IMG/VR virus record: IMGVR_UViG_2778261696_000006
Reading direction: 5' to 3' (one strand)
DNA: 28,988 bases
Origin: a virus
Taxonomy: Duplodnaviria; Heunggongvirae; Uroviricota; Caudoviricetes
The notes under the pieces are model-generated. The model was given only the letters and a program-made list of their open reading frames with translations. It did no database searches and was not told the origin of the DNA. Within the stretch, counting starts at the first letter, position 1, and every line of letters begins with the position of its first letter. The translations under genes were made by a program, and so were the position numbers. Shown one piece after another: positions 16,161-24,886 of this stretch.

Positions 16161-16305
16161 CCCGAAAACCAATGGTGACCTGAGCGCAGATATCCGCCGC
16201 CTTGAGGGCGCGCTGATCGCCTGCGCGCTACAGGTCAAAACCGTCAAACACTGTCAGGATGAACTCGATGCAGAAGCACAAAAGCCTGCGCAAAGCGCTG
16301 ATTAA
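16015..16305 (+). CDS. lysC: Rz1-like o-spanin lipoprotein (P2 LysC-like), overlapping lysB in another frame
   Basis: Signal peptide ending LCVGC followed by Pro-rich segment (SAPPAPAPV); embedded in and extending past the i-spanin gene. Confidence 0.6.
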   Translation: MKMKPFAAGITLLYLMLCVGCTSAPPAPAPVIVVNGCPRVSLCPMPGSDPKTNGDLSADIRRLEGALIACALQVKTVKHCQDELDAEAQKPAQSAD

Positions 16306-16735
16306 CGCCGTGCCGCAGCTCCGAAACAACCCCGATATGCTGCGCCTTTTTGCCGACAACGGCCATACCGATTCCAGACTGGCGAGCTCGCTGTCGTTTG
16401 AAAAGGTGTACGTGCTTAACGTGGTGGTGACCGACTTCACCGGTGACCTTGATTTGATATTCGTGCCGGTGCAGGCGTGGCTGCGTGAACATCAGCCGGA
16501 CATTATGACCACCGACGACGGGCGGGAAAAAGGATTCACCTGGATTATTGATATCAATAACGACGATTCGCTCGATATCAGTATCAGCCTGAGGCTCACC
16601 GAGCGCACGCTCGTCAAAGAGGTCGAAGGCGCGCTGCATGTCAGCTATGCCCCTGAGCCGCCGCTGCCTGAGCCGGTGACGCGCCCGGTCGAGCTGTACG
16701 TTAACGGCGAACTGGTGAGTAAGTGGGATGAGTGA
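16268..16735 (+). CDS. R: Tail completion protein R (P2 gpR); alternative start ATG 16259
   Basis: 155 aa from 16268, matches remembered P2 R length and sequence (…DIMTTD…ELYINGELVSKWDE). Confidence 0.85.
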   Translation: MQKHKSLRKALINAVPQLRNNPDMLRLFADNGHTDSRLASSLSFEKVYVLNVVVTDFTGDLDLIFVPVQAWLREHQPDIMTTDDGREKGFTWIIDINNDDSLDISISLRLTERTLVKEVEGALHVSYAPEPPLPEPVTRPVELYVNGELVSKWDE

Positions 16736-17177
16736 GTTAACTGCACTGCAGGAACGCCTTGCCGGTCTGATTGCCAGCCTGTCACCGGCGGCGCGTCGGC
16801 AAATGGCGGCTGAGATTGCGAAAAAGCTGCGTACCAGTCAGCAACAGCGTATCAAGCGCCAGCAGGCACCAGACGGCACCCCGTATGCGGCACGAAAGCG
16901 CCAGCCGGTGAGGAGCAAGAAAGGTCGGATTAAACGTGAAATGTTCGCCAAACTGCGCACCAGTCGCTTTATGAAAGCCAAAGGCAGCGACAGTGCGGCG
17001 GTGGTGGAGTTTACCGGCAAGGTGCAGCGCATGGCGCGGGTGCATCAGTACGGGCTCAAAGACAGACCAAACCGCAACAGCCGGGATGTACAGTACGAGG
17101 CGCGCCCGTTACTCGGTTTCACCCGCGACGATGAGCAGATGATTGAAGACGTCATTATCAGGCATCTCGGCAAATAA
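16728..17177 (+). CDS. S: Tail completion protein S (P2 gpS)
   Basis: 149 aa, P2 S size and position. Confidence 0.85.
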   Translation: MSELTALQERLAGLIASLSPAARRQMAAEIAKKLRTSQQQRIKRQQAPDGTPYAARKRQPVRSKKGRIKREMFAKLRTSRFMKAKGSDSAAVVEFTGKVQRMARVHQYGLKDRPNRNSRDVQYEARPLLGFTRDDEQMIEDVIIRHLGK

Positions 17178-17245
17178 ATATTGTGTGAACCACCACCGAA
17201 GCCGCGCGAATTGGCGCGACTCCAGACCAGAGGCATCCTTGCACT

Positions 17246-17881
17246 ATGAATACGTTATCCACGATACAGGAGCTCGCGCGCGCGATTCGCAACCTCATCC
17301 GCTCAGGTGTGGTGACTGAGGTTGATACCGTGCAGGGGCTGTGCCGCGTACAAAGCGGCGGGATCCAGACTACATGGCTGAACTGGCTGACCACCCGCGC
17401 CGGTCGTTCGCGGACGTGGTGGGCTCCCTCGGTCGGTGAGCAGGTTCTGCTGCTGGCAATCGGTGGCGAGCTTGATACCGCTTTCGTGCTGCCTGGAATT
17501 TTCTCCGACGATAACCCCGCCCCCTCTGCCTCGGCGGATGCGTGGCAGGTGGTTTTCCCTGATGGTGCGGTCATTGAGTACGAGCCCGAGACCAGTGCGC
17601 TGACGGTCAGCGGCATCAAAACGGCCGACGTGACGGCATCGGGATCCATCACCGCAACCGTGCCGCTGGTACTGGTGAAAGCCTCAACCAGTATCACCCT
17701 CGACACCCCCGAGGTGATTTGCACCAACAAGCTGACGACAGCGACGCTTGAGGTGCAAAAGGGCGGAACGATGAAAGGCAACATCGAGCATACAGGCGGG
17801 TCACTGTCATCTAATGGCAAGGTGCTCCACACCCATAAACACCCCGGCGACAGCGGCGGGCAAACGGGGGCTCCGTTATGA
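17246..17881 (+). CDS. V: Baseplate spike/assembly protein V (P2 gpV)
   Basis: 211 aa, P2 V size and position. Confidence 0.85.
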   Translation: MNTLSTIQELARAIRNLIRSGVVTEVDTVQGLCRVQSGGIQTTWLNWLTTRAGRSRTWWAPSVGEQVLLLAIGGELDTAFVLPGIFSDDNPAPSASADAWQVVFPDGAVIEYEPETSALTVSGIKTADVTASGSITATVPLVLVKASTSITLDTPEVICTNKLTTATLEVQKGGTMKGNIEHTGGSLSSNGKVLHTHKHPGDSGGQTGAPL

Positions 17882-18225
17882 CGGCGCGCTATCAGGGTAT
17901 GAACCGAAATACCGGCCTCGGCATCAGCGACACTGAGCACATCAGCCAGAGCATGCGCGACATACTGCTGACGCCGGTCGGCTCGCGGGTAATGCGCCGT
18001 GAATATGGCTCGCTTCTGTCGGCGCTGATTGATATGCCGCAAAACCCGGCACTCAGGCTGCAAATTATGGTGGCGTGCTATTCGGCTATCCAGAAGTGGG
18101 AGCCGCGCATCAGGCTTACCGCCATCAGCTTTGAGACCGGCGACGCTGGCGAAATGTATGTCGATATTACCGGGATGCGCACCGATACCGGTGCGTCAGT
18201 TTCAACCACTGTTTCACTGAGTTAA
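17878..18225 (+). CDS. W: Baseplate protein W (P2 gpW)
   Basis: 115 aa, P2 W size and position, overlapping stop/start with V. Confidence 0.85.
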   Translation: MTARYQGMNRNTGLGISDTEHISQSMRDILLTPVGSRVMRREYGSLLSALIDMPQNPALRLQIMVACYSAIQKWEPRIRLTAISFETGDAGEMYVDITGMRTDTGASVSTTVSLS

Positions 18226-18231
18226 ATCACT

Positions 18232-19140
18232 ATGGCAACCGTTGACCTGAGTCAGTTACCCGTTCCCGATGTGGTTGAGGAACTGGACTATGAAACCATC
18301 CTTGCGGAACGCAAAGCGACGCTGATATCGCTCTATCCAGAAGACCAGCAGGACGCTGTCGCCCGCGTGCTCGCGCTGGAGTCCGACCCGATTGTTAAGT
18401 TGCTGCAGGAAAACGCCTACCGTGAAGTTATCTGGCGTCAGCGGGTGAACGAAGCCGCGCAGGCGGTGACGCTGGCCTACTCCGCCGGTAACGACCTCGA
18501 CGTCGTAGCCGGGAACAATAATACCGAACGCCTGACCATCACCCCGGCGGATGACACCACCATCCCGCCGACACCTGCCGTTATGGAGTCTGATACCGAC
18601 CTGCGACTGCGCACGCAACAGGCGTTTGAGGGATTGAGCGTGGCGGGTCCGGTCGGTGCATATGAGTATCACGGTCGCAGCGCCGACGGGCGGGTCGCTG
18701 ACGTTTCGGTCGCCAGCCCGTCGCCAGCCTGCGTGACGATTACCGTGCTATCGCGTGAGGGTGACGGCACTGCCAGCCCTGAGCTACTGGCGATTGTTGA
18801 TAAAGCGCTGAACGCCGAAGATGTGCGCCCGGTGGCTGACCGGGTGACCGTCCAGTCAGCCGAGATTGTGCCGTACCAGATTGACGCGACGATCTACGTT
18901 TACCCCGGCCCCGAATCTGAACCCATCAGGCAGGCGTCAGAGCAGAAGCTGCAGAGCTACATCAGCGCGCAGCACCGCCTCGGGCGTGATATCCGTCTGT
19001 CAGCCATTTATGCGGCGCTGCATGTTGAGGGGGTGCAGCGTGTCGAGCTGACATCACCGCAGGCCGACATAGTGCTGAGTAAGTCGCAGGCGTCGAACTG
19101 TACCGAGTACCAGATAACTATCGGGGGCTCGGATGAATGA
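18232..19140 (+). CDS. J: Baseplate assembly protein J (P2 gpJ)
   Basis: 302 aa, P2 J size and position. Confidence 0.85.
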   Translation: MATVDLSQLPVPDVVEELDYETILAERKATLISLYPEDQQDAVARVLALESDPIVKLLQENAYREVIWRQRVNEAAQAVTLAYSAGNDLDVVAGNNNTERLTITPADDTTIPPTPAVMESDTDLRLRTQQAFEGLSVAGPVGAYEYHGRSADGRVADVSVASPSPACVTITVLSREGDGTASPELLAIVDKALNAEDVRPVADRVTVQSAEIVPYQIDATIYVYPGPESEPIRQASEQKLQSYISAQHRLGRDIRLSAIYAALHVEGVQRVELTSPQADIVLSKSQASNCTEYQITIGGSDE

Positions 19141-19741
19141 CCGGCTATTACCCGTTGGCTCGTCGCCGCTGGAAGTCGCCGCCGCCGCTGCGTTCTCTGA
19201 GATTCAGCGCGTGCCGGTACCGCTGCGCACCCTGTGGAACTGGCGCACCTGCCCGGTAAAGCTGCTGCCGTATCTGGCGTGGGCGCTGTCGGTCGACAGA
19301 TGGGATGAGAAATGGCCGGAGGCGACAAAGCGCAGCGTCTGCGCGTCCTCGTTTTTCGTCCATCAGCACAAAGGCACCATCAGCGCATTGCGTCGGGTCG
19401 TCGAGCCGCTCGGCTTTCTGATTGAGGTGCGCGAGTGGTGGCAACTCGACGAGGAGCCAGGCACATTCCGCCTCGTTGTTGGCGTCCTCGACAGCGGCAT
19501 CACTGACGAAATGTATCAGGAGCTTGAGCGCCTGATTGAAGACGCCAAACCGGCAAGTCGCCACCTGACCGGGCTGGCTATCAGTCTGAGCTCGACCGGC
19601 GAACTGTATGTCGGCGCGGGATGCTATCACGGCGACGCGCTGACTGTTTACCCCTACACCCCCGAGGAGATTGTCGTCGGCGGTGAATATTACCCGGCCT
19701 CGGCCATCCATTTGATTGATAACCTGAGAGTGAACGCATGA
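19133..19741 (+). CDS. I: Baseplate/tail protein I (P2 gpI)
   Basis: 202 aa, overlaps J end and H start as in P2. Confidence 0.8.
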   Translation: MNDRLLPVGSSPLEVAAAAAFSEIQRVPVPLRTLWNWRTCPVKLLPYLAWALSVDRWDEKWPEATKRSVCASSFFVHQHKGTISALRRVVEPLGFLIEVREWWQLDEEPGTFRLVVGVLDSGITDEMYQELERLIEDAKPASRHLTGLAISLSSTGELYVGAGCYHGDALTVYPYTPEEIVVGGEYYPASAIHLIDNLRVNA

Positions 19742-20856
19742 CCGCAAAATATTTTGCCATTCTGACCAATCAGGGCGCGGCGCGGCTGGCGAACGCGGCG
19801 GCACTCGGTACCAAACTCAACCTGACGCAGATGGCCGTCGGTGATGCGAATGGTACGTTGCCGACCCCTGACCCGTCGCAGACGAAGCTCATTAACCAGA
19901 AACGCATCGCGCCGCTGAACCTGCTGACCGTTGACCCGGCCAATACCAGTCAGATTATCGCGGAACAGATTATTCCCGAGAATGAAGGTGGTTTCTGGAT
20001 CCGCGAGATTGGTCTCTATGACGATGATGGTATTCTGATTGCCGTGGCGAACTGTCCGGAGACCTACAAGCCACAACTGCAGGAGGGAAGCGGTCGCACG
20101 CAGACCATTCGCATGATTCTGGTTGTGTCGAGCACATCGGCAATCACCCTGAAAATCGACCCGGCAGTCGTGCTGGCAACGCGCCAGTATGTCGACGACA
20201 AGATTATCGAGGTGAAAGGATATGCTGATGACCTGATGAAAAAACATGTTGAGGCCGCCAATCCACACAAGCAGTACCCGTTAATCGCTAATGCTCTGAA
20301 AGAAATGGTTGACGCGGGACTGGCCGGCGACGTTCTTAAAAACCTTGGTTTGGGAGAAGGTTCAGCATTACCGGTTGGTGTGCCTGTTCCGTGGCCTTCA
20401 GCTACACCACCGACAGGCTGGTTGAAATGCAATGGTGCAGCTTTTTCTTCTGAAGAATACCCGGAACTGGCAAAGGCTTACCCGACAAATAAATTGCCTG
20501 ATTTACGCGGTGAGTTTATTCGTGGCTGGGATGATGGACGCGGTGTGGATACGGGGAGGGCAATATTATCATCTCAGGGCGATGCCATACGTAATATCTA
20601 TGGTGAGTTCAAGACTGTAAACGCCGAAAATTATTCAATATGGGAATCAGTAGACTCTTTTAAGGGGGCAGTGGTGCCTTTGAACCCCTCAACGGACAAT
20701 AGTTATTTCTCCATAATCAATAGTATGTTGACACAAAGAACAGATAGCTCTGTTTACCCAACAGTGATTGGCCTTGATGCTTCAAGAATTGTTCCAACTG
20801 CAAACGAAAACCGTCCACGAAATATTGCATTTAACTTTATCGTGAGGGCTGCATAA
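19738..20856 (+). CDS. H: Tail fibre protein H, current-orientation variant (constant N-terminus plus variable C-terminus)
   Basis: 372 aa; crossover site inside the gene at 20333-20358 (codes ...VLKNLGLGEG...); C-terminal part carries a phage tail-collar-like motif (PVGVPVPWPSATPPTGWLKCNGAAFSSEEYPELA...LPDLRGEFIRGWDDGRGVD). Confidence 0.85.
   Translation: MTAKYFAILTNQGAARLANAAALGTKLNLTQMAVGDANGTLPTPDPSQTKLINQKRIAPLNLLTVDPANTSQIIAEQIIPENEGGFWIREIGLYDDDGILIAVANCPETYKPQLQEGSGRTQTIRMILVVSSTSAITLKIDPAVVLATRQYVDDKIIEVKGYADDLMKKHVEAANPHKQYPLIANALKEMVDAGLAGDVLKNLGLGEGSALPVGVPVPWPSATPPTGWLKCNGAAFSSEEYPELAKAYPTNKLPDLRGEFIRGWDDGRGVDTGRAILSSQGDAIRNIYGEFKTVNAENYSIWESVDSFKGAVVPLNPSTDNSYFSIINSMLTQRTDSSVYPTVIGLDASRIVPTANENRPRNIAFNFIVRAA
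20333..20358 (+). repeat. Gin/Hin-family recombination site (left), TTCTTAAAAACC-TT-GGTTTGGGAGAA
   Basis: 26-bp site matching the hix/gix/cix consensus TTnTCnnAAACC-nn-GGTTTnnnAnAA; inverted relative to the site at 22202-22227. Confidence 0.75.
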
Positions 20857-21458
20857 TGGATAACGCTGTATTAAATAGCGAGCTTATTGCCACGAAGGCG
20901 GGGAATATTACCGTCTATAGCTATGATGGTGAAACTCGGGAATATATTTCCACTTCAAATGAATATCTTGCCGTTGGTGTTGGTATCCCGGCATATTCCT
21001 GTCTGGATGAACCTGGTATACATAAGGCGGGTTATGCAATCTGCCGTTCGGCAGATTTAAACTCATGGGAATATGTGCCAGACCATCGCGGTGAAATCGT
21101 CTATAACACCGAAACGGGAGACACCAAAGAAATCACAACTCCGGGTGATTACCCCGAAAATACAACCACTATCGCCCCATTAACGCCATACGATAAATGG
21201 GATGGTGAGAAATGGGTGACCGATACTGAGGCACAGCATCGCGCCGCAGTAGACGCGGCAGAAGCACAGCGTCAGTCACTGATTGATACTGCAATGGCTT
21301 CCATTAGTCTGATTCAACTGAAATTACAGGCCGGGCGGAAACTGACGCAGGCAGAAACAACCCGGCTTAACGCTGTGCTGGATTACATTGACGCGGTGAC
21401 GGCAACAGATACCAGCACCGCGCCGGATGTCATCTGGCCTGAACTGCCGGAGGCGTAG
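20856..21458 (+). CDS. G: Tail fibre assembly protein (P2 gpG / Tfa)
   Basis: 200 aa, immediately follows H; C-terminus ...[10 protein letters not shown] typical of Tfa proteins. Confidence 0.8.
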   Translation: MDNAVLNSELIATKAGNITVYSYDGETREYISTSNEYLAVGVGIPAYSCLDEPGIHKAGYAICRSADLNSWEYVPDHRGEIVYNTETGDTKEITTPGDYPENTTTIAPLTPYDKWDGEKWVTDTEAQHRAAVDAAEAQRQSLIDTAMASISLIQLKLQAGRKLTQAETTRLNAVLDYIDAVTATDTSTAPDVIWPELPEA

Positions 21459-21849
21459 GCCATTCAATATCGAGTGCTGTTGAAGTATTAATACGCATCA
21501 ATAGCACTCGATATTTTTTCCATGCCAGTAACAGTTTCGTTTCATCATCTGTTGCCATACCTAAATCAACCGCATCCTGAAGCGGAGCTATTACATTCGT
21601 TGCCTCTGCTATCAGTGCAGATTTCTTTTCATCATTTATTAAGGCTAATTGTTCTGGTGTTGGAGAAGGACGGTCAACAATGACAGGGTGACCGTTCTCA
21701 CCACAGGTAATCATTTTTGTTACACTCTGTGAGTTAATCAGTGTTTTCCACTCTGATTCCGAGATTTCCACTGCATCATCAGGAATATTGGTGCCGTGAA
21801 ATTCAGTCGAATAAAATCCGTTTGTCGATGCAGAATAAAAATATGACAT
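21430..21849 (-). CDS. Alternative tail fibre assembly protein (Tfa'), inverted orientation
   Basis: Track ORF trimmed to ATG 21849 ([13 protein letters not shown]..., the usual Tfa N-terminus); 3' end overlaps G convergently by 29 bp; C-terminus ...DIEWPTPP. Confidence 0.75.
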   Translation of the reverse strand: MSYFYSASTNGFYSTEFHGTNIPDDAVEISESEWKTLINSQSVTKMITCGENGHPVIVDRPSPTPEQLALINDEKKSALIAEATNVIAPLQDAVDLGMATDDETKLLLAWKKYRVLLMRINTSTALDIEWPTPPAVQAR

Positions 21850-21853
21850 TTCG

Positions 21854-22210
21854 TTAATATCCCATTGCAATGTAATACGCATCAGAAGATGCACCATATC
21901 CTGAACCGGGCGACACAGTAATACTAAATCCAGTGTTCTGGACATTTGTCGCCGATACAGTCGGCTGCCCTGACGCGCCAGTAACGTTCAATGTAACTGT
22001 GACAGCAAGGACTCTTGAGAATGTCATCGGGAACGTCATCCCGTATGTTGAAGATACATTAGGGGAGCCATTCAACTGACCGCACTGTAAAATTAATCCA
22101 GACGGAAATTTTTGCGCAGCAGCCGTTGCGGTATTACTTGACGCGAACAGGCTCATATCAGGTATCTGATTCGCCCCTGTACCTACATTCCTTTTAGCTG
22201 CTTCTCCCAA
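21854..22210 (-). CDS. Alternative tail fibre C-terminal segment (H'), lacks own start; expressed only after inversion
   Basis: Open frame reads through the right crossover site as ...GLGEAAKRN..., in register with GLGE at the left site in H; first codon in track is TTG, not a real start. Confidence 0.65.
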   Translation of the reverse strand: MGEAAKRNVGTGANQIPDMSLFASSNTATAAAQKFPSGLILQCGQLNGSPNVSSTYGMTFPMTFSRVLAVTVTLNVTGASGQPTVSATNVQNTGFSITVSPGSGYGASSDAYYIAMGY

Positions 22211-22227
22211 ACCAACCTTTTAGAAAA
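22202..22227 (+). repeat. Gin/Hin-family recombination site (right), TTCTCCCAAACC-AA-CCTTTTAGAAAA
   Basis: Inner half-site plus core identical to reverse complement of left site (14/14); outer half-site deviates (CC where the half-site consensus has GG). Confidence 0.65.
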
Positions 22228-22281
22228 TGCAGATATTCCGTTCAGCTGGCATGATCCCGACTTTTTACCGGGTTATTTCTC

Positions 22282-22564
22282 ATGTTTATCGGTTATGTAC
22301 GTGTATCAACAAATGACCAGAACACCGCATTACAGCGAAATGAACTGGAGTGCGCAGGATGTGAGCTGATTTTCGAAGATAAAATCAGCGGCAAAACATC
22401 AGACTGGCCGGGGCTAAAGAGGTCACTCAGAACCTTGTCAGAGGGCGATACGCTTGTGGTCTGGAAACTGGATCGCCTCGGGTATCTCAACGCTATACAA
22501 AAAATTTCCCGCATCCGTTGCTGATGTCTCAATGTGTCAGACATCGCCCAACACTGACAAATAG
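22282..22564 (+). pseudogene. Serine DNA invertase (Gin/Hin/Pin/Cin family) remnant with internal deletion
   Basis: N-terminal 66 codons intact (MFIGYVRVSTNDQNT...VVWKLDRLG, catalytic Ser present) then frame breaks; a different frame encodes ...STLYKKFPA, which I recall as the extreme C-terminus of Gin; roughly 110 codons of catalytic and HTH domains missing. Confidence 0.75.
22524..22544 (+). promoter_or_regulatory. Candidate late-promoter activator site upstream of FI (ATGTCT-N9-AGACAT dyad)
   Basis: Perfect 6-bp inverted repeat centred about 89 bp upstream of FI ATG; P2 late promoters carry a TGT-N12-ACA-like dyad near -55, spacing here is N13. Confidence 0.3.
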
Positions 22565-22622
22565 CCCCTCAACAGACCAGCCAGGACAATAACACTTGCC
22601 CACTAACCACGGAGTTAACCGG

Positions 22623-23801
22623 ATGAGTGATTTTCACCACGGCGTGCAGGTGCTTGAGATTAACGACGGCACCCGCGTCATTTCCACTGTTGCAACCGCA
22701 ATCGTCGGCATGGTCTGTACAGCCAGCGATGCGGATGCGGCAACCTTTCCCCTCAACGAGCCGGTACTGATTACCAATGTGCAAAGCGCCATTGCGAAAG
22801 CCGGTAAAAAAGGCACGCTGGCCGCGTCCCTGCAGGCCATCGCCGACCAGTCAAAACCTGTCACAGTTGTCGTGCGCGTGGACGAAGGTACCGGCGACGA
22901 CGCCGAAGCGCAGACAATTTCCAATATCATCGGCGGAACGGATGAGAACGGTAAATACACCGGCATTAAAGCGCTGTTGACTGCCGAAGCGGTCACCGGC
23001 GTCAAGCCGCGCATTCTCGGCGTGCCGGGGCTGGACACCAAAGAAGTGGCGGTTGCACTGGCGTCGGTCTGTATTAGCCTGCGCGCGTTTGGTTACATCA
23101 GCGCATGGGGATGCAAGACCATTTCCGAAGCAATGGCCTATCGCGAGAATTTCAGCCAGCGCGAGCTGATGGTCATCTGGCCTGATTTCCTTGCATGGGA
23201 TACCACCACAAACGCCACCGCACCGGCATACGCAACTGCGCGCGCACTCGGCCTGCGTGCCTATATCGACCAGACCGTCGGCTGGCATAAAACCCTGTCT
23301 AACGTCGGCGTGCAGGGTGTCACCGGCATCAGTGCGTCAGTGTTTTGGGATTTGCAGGCATCTGGCACCGATGCTGACCTGCTCAACGAGGCCGGGGTCA
23401 CGACGCTGGTGCGCAAAGATGGTTTCCGCTTTTGGGGTAACCGCACCTGCTCTGATGACCCGCTTTTCCTGTTTGAGAACTACACCCGCACCGCGCAGGT
23501 GCTGGCCGACACGATGGCCGAGGCTCACATGTGGGCGGTCGATAAGCCCATTACCGCATCGCTCATCCGTGACATTGTCGACGGCATTAATGCCAAATTC
23601 CGCGAGCTGAAATCAAATGGCTACATCGTGGACGGTGAATGCTGGTTCGACGAGGAATCGAATGACAAGGAAACCCTCAAGGCCGGGAAACTGTATATCG
23701 ACTACGACTATACGCCGGTTCCACCACTGGAAAGCCTGACCCTGCGCCAGCGTATCACCGATAAATATCTGGTGAATCTGGCCGAATCGGTCAACAGCTA
23801 A
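22623..23801 (+). CDS. FI: Tail sheath protein (P2 gpFI)
   Basis: Track ORF trimmed to ATG 22623 (MSDFHHGVQVLEINDGTRV...), matches remembered P2 FI; RBS GGAG. Confidence 0.9.
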   Translation: MSDFHHGVQVLEINDGTRVISTVATAIVGMVCTASDADAATFPLNEPVLITNVQSAIAKAGKKGTLAASLQAIADQSKPVTVVVRVDEGTGDDAEAQTISNIIGGTDENGKYTGIKALLTAEAVTGVKPRILGVPGLDTKEVAVALASVCISLRAFGYISAWGCKTISEAMAYRENFSQRELMVIWPDFLAWDTTTNATAPAYATARALGLRAYIDQTVGWHKTLSNVGVQGVTGISASVFWDLQASGTDADLLNEAGVTTLVRKDGFRFWGNRTCSDDPLFLFENYTRTAQVLADTMAEAHMWAVDKPITASLIRDIVDGINAKFRELKSNGYIVDGECWFDEESNDKETLKAGKLYIDYDYTPVPPLESLTLRQRITDKYLVNLAESVNS

Positions 23802-23816
23802 GGAGCCTGAAACAAC

Positions 23817-24335
23817 ATGGCACTACCCCGCAAACTCAAATATCTGAACATGTTTAACGACGGCCTTAGCTACATGGGCGTTGTTGAATCCGTGACGCTG
23901 CCGAAGCTGACCCGCAAACTCGAAAACTATCGCGGCGGTGGCATGAATGGCGCGGCGGCGATTGACCTCGGTCTCGACGATGATGCGTTAACCGTCGAAT
24001 GGTCTGTCGGTGGCCTGCCTGATGTGGCGCTGTGGGCGCAGTACGCCGCGCCGGGTGCTGACGCTGTGCCGTTGCGTTTTGCTGGCTCTTACCAACGTGA
24101 CGACACTGGCGAAATCGTGGCGGTCGAGGTGGTCATGCGTGGCCGTCATAAAGAAATCGACGGCGGCGAGAATAAGCAGGGTGAAAACACCTCGACCAAA
24201 CTGTCGACCGTATGCACCTATTACCGCCTCACGATTGATGGTAGCGACGTCATCGAAATCGATACCGTCAACATGGTTGAGAAGGTGAACGGCGTCGACC
24301 GTCTGGAACAGCACCGCCGCGCAATCGGGCTGTAA
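23817..24335 (+). CDS. FII: Tail tube protein (P2 gpFII)
   Basis: 172 aa, RBS AAGGAG, P2 FII size and position. Confidence 0.9.
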   Translation: MALPRKLKYLNMFNDGLSYMGVVESVTLPKLTRKLENYRGGGMNGAAAIDLGLDDDALTVEWSVGGLPDVALWAQYAAPGADAVPLRFAGSYQRDDTGEIVAVEVVMRGRHKEIDGGENKQGENTSTKLSTVCTYYRLTIDGSDVIEIDTVNMVEKVNGVDRLEQHRRAIGL

Positions 24336-24398
24336 TTCCCTGATCGGTCAGCACTGCTGGCCGGTTATTAATCCCCATTCAGAGCAGAGAAAAACATC

Positions 24399-24734
24399 AT
24401 GGCAAAAGCACCACGTAAAACCGCTGAATTTGTTGATATGGCTGGCAATGAAATTGACACCGTAAACCCGAACGTCGTGACCCTCGACAAGCCGATTAAG
24501 CGCGCCGGTCAGACGATTGATAAAGTCACACTGATTGAGCCGAACGCCGGTACCCTGCGCGGTGTCAGTCTGGCAGCGGTGGCGCAGTCCGAAGTCGATG
24601 CGCTGATTAAGGTATTGCCACGCATGACCTACCCCGCGCTTACGGCGCAGGAGCTTACCGCAATGAACCTGCCCGATATGCTGTCGCTGGCCGCTAAGGT
24701 GATTGGTTTTTTGTCACCGGCTTCGGCGGAGTAG
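24399..24734 (+). CDS. E: Tail assembly chaperone E (P2 gpE)
   Basis: 111 aa, between tail tube and tape measure genes. Confidence 0.85.
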   Translation: MAKAPRKTAEFVDMAGNEIDTVNPNVVTLDKPIKRAGQTIDKVTLIEPNAGTLRGVSLAAVAQSEVDALIKVLPRMTYPALTAQELTAMNLPDMLSLAAKVIGFLSPASAE

Positions 24735-24886
24735 ATTTCCCGCCCGACCTGTCGACCGATGACCTGATGGCGGATATCGCGGTGATATTCCACTGGCCGC
24801 TATCAGAGCTCTATTCCCTGAGCCTGACCGAGCTCATCACATGGCGCGAAAAGGCGCTGCAGCGTAGCGGACACCACAATGAGTAA
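24399..24886 (+). CDS. Tail assembly chaperone E+E' produced by programmed -1 frameshift at T TTT TTG (24707-24713)
   Basis: Slippery heptamer in E frame (ggT TTT TTG); -1 frame continues ...DLMADIAVIFHWPLSELYSLSLTELITWREKALQRSGHHNE and stops at 24884-24886, overlapping T start. Confidence 0.75.

Noticed and set aside
17158-18063. 301-aa minus-strand ORF (and similar long antisense ORFs at 19148-19804, 19690-20268, 26420-26932, 26706-27248)
   Set aside because: All lie antisense within GC-rich late genes (V/W, I/H, T) whose identity is well supported; typical shadow ORFs of high-GC coding sequence.
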